Shown: piece by piece, positions 1-8,673 of the stretch | Position numbering within the stretch: the first letter of the stretch is position 1 | Layout: each line of letters starts with the position of its first letter | Origin: Terriglobia bacterium | GTDB taxonomy: Bacteria > Acidobacteriota > Terriglobia > 20CM-2-55-15 | Length of the DNA: 64,000 nucleotides | NCBI GenBank assembly: GCA_965263045.1 | Contig: CBDHGK010000022.1 | Coordinates: forward strand, 4,808 to 68,807 | Direction: 5' to 3' | Position numbers and translations under genes: made by a program | The notes under the pieces: generated by a model | Seen by the model: the letters and a program-made list of their open reading frames with translations, nothing else | Told to the model about the DNA's origin: nothing | The model's database searches: none

Positions 1-253
1 CAAGAGCACCCGTTCGAGCGCCGCAACATCGTCGTCTTCGTCGGCCGTCTTCCCGCCGGTCCGCATGGCTCCCCCATGTTGTGTGTTGACGGTCCAGCCG
101 TGGCCGTGGAGCCACGCAGCGAACGTGGGTGCGGAGGGGTCATGTCCCTCTCCGATCTGGCGGACAGCTTGATCCCCGGTGTCAAGCTCGATGATTCGCC
201 CGTCGCTCTTCCACCGATTCGCTTCTTCTGGCAAACGCATTGTTGTTCCCGCC

Positions 254-454
254 TTAGCGGGTTGAGTCCTTCCGTATCGACAAGTGTTCCGGGATACGGT
301 TTTCGCGCGGCTTCCAGTTCTTCTGCCAGGGCGCGTTGCCATCCTCGATCTGCTTCTTGACGGCGGCAAGTTTTTGCGCGCGCGCCTGGTTTTCCCTCTT
401 GCCTTCTTCGATCGGCTTGGCTTCCTGAGCCTTCAGATGTGTGCTGTCGTCCAT
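254..454 (-). CDS. Small lysine/glutamate-rich hypothetical protein (66 aa); duplicated at 14888..15088
   Basis: Internal ATG with a GGAGGA Shine-Dalgarno sequence 9 nt upstream (ggaggatatgaccgtATGGACGAC). Product MDDSTHLKAQEAKPIEEGKRENQARAQKLAAVKKQIE(D/G)GNAPWQKNWKPRENRIPEHLSIRKDSTR. The longer listed ORF is an upstream extension without an RBS. Confidence 0.35.
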   Translation of the reverse strand: MDDSTHLKAQEAKPIEEGKRENQARAQKLAAVKKQIEDGNAPWQKNWKPRENRIPEHLSIRKDSTR

Positions 455-603
455 ACGGTCATATCCTCCGTTAGAGTTGTTCAAGGTCCGATCGGCGGAT
501 CTTCCAGCCACCGGCCTTGATAGCGGCCAGTTCGCCGTCTTTATTCCGTGGGGCTTTTTCTTGTCTTGCCATTGTATCGCTCGCAGTGGACACACGCGGC
601 CAG

Positions 604-870
604 TCACACTCGCCGTTGCCGCATGATATCGAGACTGAATTGTGCATCGGCATGATCTTGCTCGGCAGCGAGCCGGAACCATTTCACGGCTTCGGCATCG
701 TCTTCCGGAACGCCATCGCCCCTGGCGTACATGTCACCCAGGCTGTATTGGGCATCGACATTCCCCTGCTCGGCGGCGCGTCGATACCATTTCACGGCTT
801 TGGCCTTGTTTTCCACCGCACCCGCGCCGGTTTCCTACATGATCCCGAGGCTGTATTGGGCCTCACACCA
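604..870 (-). pseudogene. Sel1-repeat protein C-terminal fragment (copy of the 3' part of 15238..16212), cut by an IS6 end
   Basis: Translation ...AVKWYRRAAEQGNVDAQYSLGDMYARGDGVPEDDAEAVKWFRLAAEQDHADAQFSLDIMRQRRV matches the C-terminus of the 324-aa Sel1 protein. Homology stops where the IS6 end begins. Confidence 0.6.
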
Positions 871-962
871 ATTATGTCGTCTTCGAACCAACGTCCGGCA
901 AATAAAGGATTCCGTTCAGTTTTGCGATGCGCCATAACCCCTTATCGCCAATCCTCTTGCCT
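871..962 (-). mobile_element. IS6-family end fragment (transposase 5' end plus terminal inverted repeat with 1 mismatch)
   Basis: Sequence ttatgtcgtcttcgaaccaacgtccggcaaata...gcgccat...ctgtctgcaccacaaccc matches the tnp-start end of the full IS6 copy at 14286..14402 (MAHRKT... on the minus strand; IR TCTGCACCAGAACC). Confidence 0.6.
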
Positions 963-1014
963 GTCTGCACCACAACCCCCGAGAATGAAATAGGGTCACC
1001 GCCACGTTGGACTG

Positions 1015-4000
1015 TCAATTTCCTGCCGCATTCGCTTCACAACTCCACACACATCCCTGTATGTTGCCCCTTCCATCCAATACACACTTTTGCTGGCACA
1101 GTTGGACCGGATCTTGAGCCGTCTTCGGCTGTGAAAAATATCTAGCCCCTCGTGTCGGTATGTCCTGACCTATCTGCATACAGACGACGGACACTTGGGT
1201 AATTGTGGAACTGGAGGTCAAGGCGGATGCAGGGCTCGCTTTCACATCAAAAGGCGCCATGGCTGTCGCGAACTGGGGTGAACCGGGTGACGAGACAGCG
1301 GTTTGCGTCTTCAGGATTTGTGGGCCGAATTGGGGTGAAGCATCCGGTGAGAGGGCAGCGGATGCGACTGCCGAAACTTGGCTTGCTCCAACGATCATCA
1401 TCCTCTGATTGCTCCCGTCTTTCGGCTCCAGCCAATCTCCCGGCCGGTACGTGGCACCCGAGTCGCTCGCCAGAAACGTCTGCACATCATCGCCATCGAT
1501 TCGGGTGGTGGTGATGGCGGCGGCAACTTCAACGCCCGATACGTCTTCACCGGATGCTTGCGGGGGATCGTCCGGAAGCAACAGTTCCTCGGGGAACTCG
1601 TCGACGTTGATGCCGTCGCCGTGGAAGTCGACCACCTCGTCGAGGACAGTCGGAAGATGACCATCTTTTGTAATGGTAAGAGTGTATTTGGCCGCCCCGT
1701 CGGACGTGAACGTCAGATCAAAAACCCATAGGCTTCCGATCAGTGTTTGCTGGAGTTGATCGAATTCGTCATAGTCGTCTGTGAACTGTTCACGGAAGTC
1801 GAAGGAAATTATTGCGCGGTTGCGTCCCAGTTTCTCGTAACCGAATGTGTAGCTAAGCCCCATGTTTTCGTAGTCTCCCCCGCCGGCGACTGCGTTCGCC
1901 CATCCCTCAAACAGAGTGCGCACTAGTAGATTGTCGCGGGGGCTGGTGGGATGAACCGGACTACGGGGTGTGGGAATACGGTCTTCCAAGCCATCCCAAT
2001 CATCAGGCGCAACATCAGTTTCGATCGCAATGGCCGCCGACCATGACGGGGGGATGGGCAACAACACCGGTTGCGCACCGAGCGTCAGGTCCAGATGTGG
2101 CATGCCGGGCCAGACCGACGCGCCGCCGCCGGGGGCTTCGATCGTGGCGCGCATGCTGCCAGATCCGCCGAATTCGAGCGCGAAGGTGTAGCTGCCGCCA
2201 AAGTCGTCCCGGAAGGTGAGCACACCTGTGGAAGGTCCGGTGTTCATGTAGGTGTACTTGCCCACGACGTAATGCGGCTGGCCCGTGTCCTTGTCGAGGC
2301 CAACCGTGTAGCCGACGCCCAGCGAGAGCTCGCACTCCACGAACACGGGTGGGCAACCGAACCCGAGTCCCGGAATGAAATCGTCCCGGCCCCACGCCAG
2401 CACGTCGAACTCCTCCTGGCTTCGCGGGGCCCTCGTTACTTCGACCTCGCCGTTTTGCTCGGACAGCGGCGGCATTCTGAAGCTTCTGTCGAACGGCACG
2501 TTCGTATTGACGCCCGCGTCAAAGCACTCGTCAATGAACGATCCCGCCGTTAGAGACGAATAGGCCAACGTGATCTCACAAGAGCCCTGGGACGGATCGT
2601 CAAACTCAAGGAAAATCCTGCCGCTGTTCGGTCCGGTGTTTTCATAATCGCAGTCGGCGTCCAGGGTCTGGCCGTTGCTGGTGTGCCTGCAACGCCCCGG
2701 CGTCAAGAGCCGAAGGTTCCGCTCCGGGGTACCCACCGGATAGGGTCCGAATCGGTCGTGGTGATCGTCATCGTCCTTCGGAGCGCGGTCAGCCGTTGGA
2801 ATCCCCGATACCGGCGTCGACCATGAGCAATCTCCTTCGGCATTGATTGGGCGGACACGGACCTGGTATTCGATCTCGTTGCCCAGACCCGCGTATATCA
2901 TCGCGCCGATGTTCCGCCCCAGGAAGGTGCGGCGATCGCTCCACGCTCCGCTGGTTCCACGGCGTATCTCCGTCTCGTAGCCCAGCACTCGTGCGTACCC
3001 GCTCGTGTCGGACAGCGGGCCCCACCTGAGGGTCAGGCGCTCGTCGCTGTAATTCACCCGAAAATTCGATGGCGGCTCACAAGCCGGCGCCAAATTCTTG
3101 ATTCGAATCGTAACGTCGATCGTGTCTCTGTTGCCGCTGTCGTCCTCCACACCGACGGTGACGAAGTAGCGGCTCTTGGTTTCATAGTCGTAGGTAACGC
3201 CTTCCCTGGTGCGGATCTGCCCCGTGTCTGGAACAATAACGAAACTCCGCGCATCGGTTCCGCTGATGCCGTACTTGAGAGCATCGCCGCCCACCGCAGA
3301 GACAGGAGCGCCAACGTTGATGCCGCCCGGCAGGTTTTCCGGGATTAAGCGGGTCGCTGTCGCTGCGCCGAAATTCAGCTGGCTGCCGGTCGTTCCGGAC
3401 GCTGTCCCCGCCGAGTACGCGTAGACCTTGTCGTCAAACCAATCAACCACATAGAACTGGCCGTTGGCGAACGTGATCCCGTAGGGCCAACTATTGTCCG
3501 GGGCCAGATCGAAGTCGGAAGCGGAATCGCGCTGACCTGATGCCTGATACCCATAGACTTTGGCGGCGAACAAATCGACCACATAGAGCCTGTCGTTGGC
3601 GAACGTGATCCCGTGTGGCCAACTAATGTCCGAGGCCAGATCGAAGTCTGCGCCCGGATCGTGCTGTCCCGAGGCGTCGTACGCGTAGACCTTCTCGTAA
3701 AACCAATCAACCACATAGAACCTGTCGTTGGCGAATGTGATTCCGGTCCCATTACTATTGTCCGGGGCCAGATCGAAGCCTGCGCCCGGATCGTGCTGTC
3801 CCGAGGCGTCGTACGCGTAGACCTTCTCGTCAAACGAATCAACCACATAGAACCTGTCGTTGGCGAATGTGATTCCGGTCCCATTACTATTGTCCGGGGC
3901 CAGATCGAAGTCGGAAGCGGAATCGCGCTGACCTGTGGCCTGATACGCATAGACTTTGTCGTCGTCATCAACCACATAGAACCTGTCGTTGGCGAACACA

Positions 4001-5967
4001 ATCCCTTCCGCATTGCCGTTTTCGTTAGCCAAGTCGAAACCCGAGCTCTCCATCTGGCTGGCGCTGATGGTAACGCGCACGGCAGTGGAACAGTTGTTCT
4101 GGGAATTGGATTCCCCAGACACCGGATCCACGCAAGCACCGTAATAGTAGGTTCCAGCGGTCGACGGGGCCGTCAAGCTAATCGACCCATCACTCGTGCT
4201 CGAAGCGGCAAGGACGCTCACTGCATCCGTGCCGACCTCCGTATCTCCCATGGAAATCGTCGCGTCCGACGAGCGGTAATAGCGCAGCGTCGTAGCGGTG
4301 GACGCGCCGGTTCCCGCGTTGCGGACCGTGGCCCTCAGTTCGAAGGATTGCCCTGGCATCGGAGTGTCCGAACTGACCGAAACCGATGCAACGACCAAGT
4401 CGGCGACGGTATCGCCGCTTGGTGGCAAGCTCCCCGAAACGCTGTTCCGCGTCGGCAGATCCCAGGGTTCCCCCGCGGTATCGAAGTAACTCAATGTTCC
4501 CGACGAGGTCTGGCCCGCGGTCCCGCTGAACAGGATGAACTGGGTGGACCACCCCGCGGAGTCCACGATATGCGCGAAGAATCTGTCCTCCGAGGTCGAA
4601 GGATCCATCTCGTTCGATGGAGATGTTGTCGTTACCTTCAGTTCGCCTCTTTCGTTGATCCGCAATCTCAGTCCAACAACTGCGATCTCGGCGGAGGAAG
4701 TGACCCGGAGCACTCCGGCAAAGTTGTCCGGCAGGGCGTCAAAGATTTCGTCGAGGAAACGGGCAACCTGCCCCAACGGTGGAAGCGCTAGTGTGGCCGG
4801 TGGGACTGCCAGCGATCCATCCAAGCGTGTCACCTCCAGCGTCACAGTGTTGGATGTGGACCCCGTGTTGGTGATGGCCAGTCCGCTTCGGATCGAACCC
4901 GCCTGTTCGGGCGTTCCAGACGCTTCGACATAGGCACGGAATGCCGATCCTTTTGGCAACGCGGGCACCCCGGCCTCCGAAACGGTCTTTCCACCTGGGG
5001 CAAAAGAAAAGACAACGAGTCCCGATGGCGCGGGGGTTCCACTGCTGGGAGTCGCTCGCACAGAGCCAACCGCCACTCTGACAGCGGGATTCGACGTTGT
5101 AAATCTCTGAGCGCTGCGGGGAGGAATCGAATAATCGAAGTTCGATCCCGTTGAACCATCGGCCAGCGCCAGGATCACAGGAGAGGCCGGAACCGTGCCG
5201 CTACCCTGTCCAAGGAACCCGACCGTTCCCGTGATCGTCCGATCCGTTGGATTCACGAGAATGACCTGAGTCACCCATCCACTACCATCGGCAAAATGGG
5301 GAAAGTAGACCGGATCCGAAGAGGCCGACACCAAGGGCGCGACCGGAAGGGTCGTCATCAGAAACTCGCCGGCTTCGTTGGTGAATCCACGGAGGGCGAC
5401 GACAGCAATAGGCACCGATGAGGTAAACGTAAAGGTTCCCGATACCGAACTTCCCCCGTTGAATGGCGCCTGATCCAGGAATTTCGCCGTCTGCTGGTTC
5501 GCACCGAGTTCGAAGCTGCCGTCCGCGAAACGGGTGCCGCTGGTGTCGGTAAAATAGAAGCGGATGGTTGCCAGCACGTCATTCGGATTGGCGATCGCCA
5601 GCCCGGTATTGACCGGGCCGTTCACTTCGGCAAATATCCGCCCCTCCTGGACCGGTTCGGTTGCCGGGACGCCCGCTTCGGCAATGAGCACGCCGTCCTG
5701 TCTGAGCCCGAAAATGGCGATCCCGGAAGGCGTGCTCGAAGCCGCGTCCGCGCGGATGCGCCCATAGCCCTGTCTCAGGGACTCGGCCGTCCCACTAGTC
5801 GTGGTGGATCTGCCTCCACGATCTGGAATTGAGAACGATTCGGTCCCGACGGGAGCCGTATCGTTCTGGGACTGCAGAAGCGGACTGCCAGCGGCCAGCA
5901 GAAGGAGTGCGGCGAGGCTCCAAACCGCCACGGCGGGGGAAAGAAGGTGGCTATCTTTTAAGAACAT
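1015..5967 (-). CDS. Giant secreted multidomain surface protein (1650 aa): signal peptide, CARDB-like domain, six NHL-type beta-propeller repeats, cadherin-like domain, fibronectin type III domain, large C-terminal region
   Basis: N-terminus MFLKDSHLLSPAVAVWSLAALLLLAAGSPLLQSQ is a signal peptide. Six ~40-aa repeats of the form GITFANDRFYVVDxFDEKVYAYDASGQHD...FDLAPDNS are NHL-like. IPENLPGGINVGAPVSAVGGDAL...TIDVTIRIKNL is cadherin-like. The PSNFRVNYSDERLTLRWGPL segment through its YQVRVRPINAEG motif is FN3-like. The DLVVASVSVSSDT segment through TLRYYRSSDATIS is CARDB-like. Confidence 0.8.
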   Translation of the reverse strand: MFLKDSHLLSPAVAVWSLAALLLLAAGSPLLQSQNDTAPVGTESFSIPDRGGRSTTTSGTAESLRQGYGRIRADAASSTPSGIAIFGLRQDGVLIAEAGVPATEPVQEGRIFAEVNGPVNTGLAIANPNDVLATIRFYFTDTSGTRFADGSFELGANQQTAKFLDQAPFNGGSSVSGTFTFTSSVPIAVVALRGFTNEAGEFLMTTLPVAPLVSASSDPVYFPHFADGSGWVTQVILVNPTDRTITGTVGFLGQGSGTVPASPVILALADGSTGSNFDYSIPPRSAQRFTTSNPAVRVAVGSVRATPSSGTPAPSGLVVFSFAPGGKTVSEAGVPALPKGSAFRAYVEASGTPEQAGSIRSGLAITNTGSTSNTVTLEVTRLDGSLAVPPATLALPPLGQVARFLDEIFDALPDNFAGVLRVTSSAEIAVVGLRLRINERGELKVTTTSPSNEMDPSTSEDRFFAHIVDSAGWSTQFILFSGTAGQTSSGTLSYFDTAGEPWDLPTRNSVSGSLPPSGDTVADLVVASVSVSSDTPMPGQSFELRATVRNAGTGASTATTLRYYRSSDATISMGDTEVGTDAVSVLAASSTSDGSISLTAPSTAGTYYYGACVDPVSGESNSQNNCSTAVRVTISASQMESSGFDLANENGNAEGIVFANDRFYVVDDDDKVYAYQATGQRDSASDFDLAPDNSNGTGITFANDRFYVVDSFDEKVYAYDASGQHDPGAGFDLAPDNSNGTGITFANDRFYVVDWFYEKVYAYDASGQHDPGADFDLASDISWPHGITFANDRLYVVDLFAAKVYGYQASGQRDSASDFDLAPDNSWPYGITFANGQFYVVDWFDDKVYAYSAGTASGTTGSQLNFGAATATRLIPENLPGGINVGAPVSAVGGDALKYGISGTDARSFVIVPDTGQIRTREGVTYDYETKSRYFVTVGVEDDSGNRDTIDVTIRIKNLAPACEPPSNFRVNYSDERLTLRWGPLSDTSGYARVLGYETEIRRGTSGAWSDRRTFLGRNIGAMIYAGLGNEIEYQVRVRPINAEGDCSWSTPVSGIPTADRAPKDDDDHHDRFGPYPVGTPERNLRLLTPGRCRHTSNGQTLDADCDYENTGPNSGRIFLEFDDPSQGSCEITLAYSSLTAGSFIDECFDAGVNTNVPFDRSFRMPPLSEQNGEVEVTRAPRSQEEFDVLAWGRDDFIPGLGFGCPPVFVECELSLGVGYTVGLDKDTGQPHYVVGKYTYMNTGPSTGVLTFRDDFGGSYTFALEFGGSGSMRATIEAPGGGASVWPGMPHLDLTLGAQPVLLPIPPSWSAAIAIETDVAPDDWDGLEDRIPTPRSPVHPTSPRDNLLVRTLFEGWANAVAGGGDYENMGLSYTFGYEKLGRNRAIISFDFREQFTDDYDEFDQLQQTLIGSLWVFDLTFTSDGAAKYTLTITKDGHLPTVLDEVVDFHGDGINVDEFPEELLLPDDPPQASGEDVSGVEVAAAITTTRIDGDDVQTFLASDSGATYRPGDWLEPKDGSNQRMMIVGASQVSAVASAALSPDASPQFGPQILKTQTAVSSPGSPQFATAMAPFDVKASPASALTSSSTITQVSVVCMQIGQDIPTRGARYFSQPKTAQDPVQLCQQKCVLDGRGNIQGCVWSCEANAAGN
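3415..4015. repeat. Intragenic ~120-bp tandem repeats (x5-6) encoding the NHL-like blades; near-identical at the DNA level
   Basis: Recurrent units gtagaccttctcgt[ca]aaac[cg]aatcaaccacatagaacctgtcgttggcgaa[tc]gtgat[tc]ccg... are seen directly in the sequence at 3420-4010. Confidence 0.8.
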
Positions 5968-6895
5968 TTCGGGCTCTCCTGTGGAACACGCTCACTGCTC
6001 GACGGGGGTAAACCTCAACGTCATCAGGGTCCTGTCATCCTTATCTTATTTCTAGAAATTGCTTATCCAGGACCGAGCGTTCGAGCACGACTATCGAACC
6101 CAGATACGTATCGTCGACAAGAAGATCCGACTCCAGAAGAACGATCTGGAGTTCATCGTTCGGGTATGCGCGCAAAGATGCAGGACTTTGCGGACTGGTC
6201 CGCATTTCAACTTGGCGACGCAGGTCGCGGATCTGCTGCAGCAAGTCCGTTAGCCGGCCTAACTCCCACGATTCAGACGAAGAAAGAGGTTCCCTGGATT
6301 CGAGCGCCGACAATACTCGCCGTTCTTCAGCCGTCCGAGTTGACACCGCGCCGTCCAGTTGCCCATTTGTGTGAAGTCCGCGACTAGAAGGCGAGATGTC
6401 TGACTTTCGGCAAGGGTCTCATCATCACATCTTGTTTAGGTACTCTTTCCGATCGATCCGAAATGCTTCGTAGCCTGCGTCTCCGATCTCTGGCCGGAAC
6501 CCCTTTTAGAGGCCCCGTGACAGACGCTGCGTTTCAACAGGGTTTTATGGAATCCACCCCCTTACGATGATATGGAGTAGCTAGTAATCTCCCAACTTCC
6601 GTCTTGTCTTCGGTTGGTTACAAAGGTGATCAGGTACTGATTGAACCGCGATCCTTGGATATTGTGGCCCGCACCGCTACATAGATTGATGCCTCCTATC
6701 CGGAGACATCCGCTTGTGCTGGAAACACTGAAAGTGTCTACAGTGCTACCTCCGACGACTACATCGCATGATCCACCGATCTGAACCACAAGCCCAGCAG
6801 CGCAAGCAGACGAAATTGGCGGAGGCGGTGGAGTCGCTCCCCCTGTGGTGTTCGGACCTTATAGGGGCTTGAGCCGCAACGGCGTGGAACATTAC

Positions 6896-7615
6896 TTAGT
6901 TGGCCGGGACCGTAGAGAACACTTCCCCTACAAATCTCAGTCCGACCGTTCCGAATTTCTCGGATACTTCATTCCGGATTTCTAGAATTCCCTTTGAGCC
7001 GCTGGGTATATTAGCCAACTCCTCAAGAAGGAAGAAGGCCCGATTTGACCGCTCTAGAACGGTAACAGTAGCGGTGATGTCGACTCTTCCAGCCGACTTG
7101 AATGTCAGCGCAAAATCAGATGGAAGACTTCTCAGGTTCGCTATCGCTACTCCGAATCGAGCACCGCCAGACATATCGACAAGGAAATCCGCAGTACGGG
7201 AAAACCCCTCTTCTGACGAAAACACCGTGGCCTCTCCGAATAGTTGGCCGTCTGGTGTGTAGTAACTGAAAACGAGATGGGCGTTCACATACGCGTCGCA
7301 CTCCATTACTGCATATCCAGTCGCTAGAGGCTGTTTACCATCGGTCGATTCGATCCAATAGCCGTCTCCCCTAGACATGTTAAATGTAAACGAGTTGGTC
7401 TTTCCCGATCCGAAATCGGCTTCGAGTCCCTGTAGGTTGACCGCGCAGTTTGCACCTAAAGAGAGCCAAGGAGCCGCTGCAATCGTTGACGTGTAGTACC
7501 AGCCGCTTGGGAAAAATCCGTCAGCAATGTGAGGGAAGATGTGTGTCCTAGATTGAGCGTAGGACACTGTTTGTAAGCCAAGAATAAGCAAGCAGCATGC
7601 AATGTACCGTTTCAT
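6896..7615 (-). CDS. Secreted hypothetical protein (about 239 aa from the MKRY start) in a lower-GC islet
   Basis: ORF 6896..7816. The likely true start is the internal Met giving signal peptide MKRYIACCLLILGLQTVSYAQS. GC here is visibly lower than in flanking DNA. Confidence 0.5.
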   Translation of the reverse strand: MKRYIACCLLILGLQTVSYAQSRTHIFPHIADGFFPSGWYYTSTIAAAPWLSLGANCAVNLQGLEADFGSGKTNSFTFNMSRGDGYWIESTDGKQPLATGYAVMECDAYVNAHLVFSYYTPDGQLFGEATVFSSEEGFSRTADFLVDMSGGARFGVAIANLRSLPSDFALTFKSAGRVDITATVTVLERSNRAFFLLEELANIPSGSKGILEIRNEVSEKFGTVGLRFVGEVFSTVPAN

Positions 7616-7852
7616 GGATGGGGGGGGTCTCTCCGTGTCGGTCGTCTTACCCGGATGCATGTTATCTCCAGAATGTTGGGCACCGACGGAGGGCGCCGGG
7701 CCATTGTCAACGTCTCTTGGGAATGTTAGTACTTTCGATGGCTTACAGTCGCCACCAAGATTGGTAGGATTTGAAGAAATGTGGTAGTTTTTTGAAAAAA
7801 AGAAGGCGGCAAGCATTCAGACCGCCCAACGAGGACGCCAGCAGCGGAGTGG

Positions 7853-8374
7853 CTACCGGAATTCGGCGATCGACAGCACCCACCGCACCAGGTCCACCTG
7901 CCGGGAGATCGGCAGTCTCTGGTAGATCTGCTTCAGGTGCCAGTAGATGGCGCCTTCCGTGAGCCCCGTCGCCCGGGCGATGTCGCGCACGTTTTTGCCT
8001 TCGGCCAACGAGACCGCCACCTGACTCTCGGCCGGCGTCAGCCTGAGGGTCCTCGCCACCAGGCCCGGATCGATCCGATGATGCTGCCCCGGCTCGACAA
8101 TCAGGACCAGCGCAGCGACGGGCCGCGCTCCGTAGTCCGATTGGGAGTCACCCACGGGTTTGACGTGCAGCACGAACGGGGGCAACTTGGACGAGCGGCC
8201 CAGCAGCATCGACCCGCTGAGTGCGACAGCACCGGAGGTCGGCAGCGCGTCGGCCAGCAACTGCTCCAGACGCAAGCCCACGCACGAAGGCGACCGGGTA
8301 GGCGAAACCCAATCGATTGTGGCGGCCCCGCCGCAGGGCGATCTCGCGTCGGCCGAATTCGAGAAAGCGGGCAT
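7853..8374 (-). CDS. LuxR/GerE-family HTH transcriptional regulator (start uncertain, possibly an internal Met near 8209)
   Basis: C-terminus LTPAESQVAVSLAEGKNVRDIARATGLTEGAIYWHLKQIYQRL is a LuxR-type helix-turn-helix signature. Confidence 0.55.
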   Translation of the reverse strand: MPAFSNSADARSPCGGAATIDWVSPTRSPSCVGLRLEQLLADALPTSGAVALSGSMLLGRSSKLPPFVLHVKPVGDSQSDYGARPVAALVLIVEPGQHHRIDPGLVARTLRLTPAESQVAVSLAEGKNVRDIARATGLTEGAIYWHLKQIYQRLPISRQVDLVRWVLSIAEFR

Positions 8375-8673
8375 CGCGAATCAGACGGGGACGAGAGACG
8401 TCGGGGCCGGAGACCGGCAGGGTTCTGTCAGGAACAAACGGACGTTATTCTAGTCCCCGCGGAGCCGACGACACCCCTCTTCGCGCGAGTACGACGGGTA
8501 CCCTAAACCTCCCTCACCGTGGCCGACCTAGCGGAGGTTTAGAAGTGCCGCCGCCATCACCACCGTTTGAGGTTCGCCCCAACAAGTAGGAGCTTAAAGG
8601 ATATTTTTGCAGCAGTCTGGGCGGTACCTTTCCATAAGGGCCCACTCAAAACAGGGGCACCATGCTGCCGTTT

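Larger units (their letters stand above)
1..870. repeat. Segmental duplication copy 1; near-identical to 14635..15504
   Basis: Nucleotide text from position 1 matches 14635 onward base-for-base (caagagcacccgttcgagcgccgcaacatcgtcg...). ORF translations 254..682 and 14888..15316 differ by only 3 aa. Copy 1 diverges into an IS6 end at ~871. Confidence 0.85.

Noticed and set aside
3375-4791. Long ORFs 3375..4139 (-, 254 aa) and 3613..4791 (+, 392 aa) inside the giant surface-protein gene
   Set aside because: They lie entirely within and overlap the 1650-aa CDS and are repetitive only because they traverse the NHL DNA repeats. They are typical high-GC alternate-frame artefacts with no motifs.
6041-6789. 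Small ORFs 6041..6346 (-) and 6562..6789 (-)
   Set aside because: There are no motifs and no clear start signals. They are possible genes in a lower-GC islet but unsupported, so they are not listed as features.
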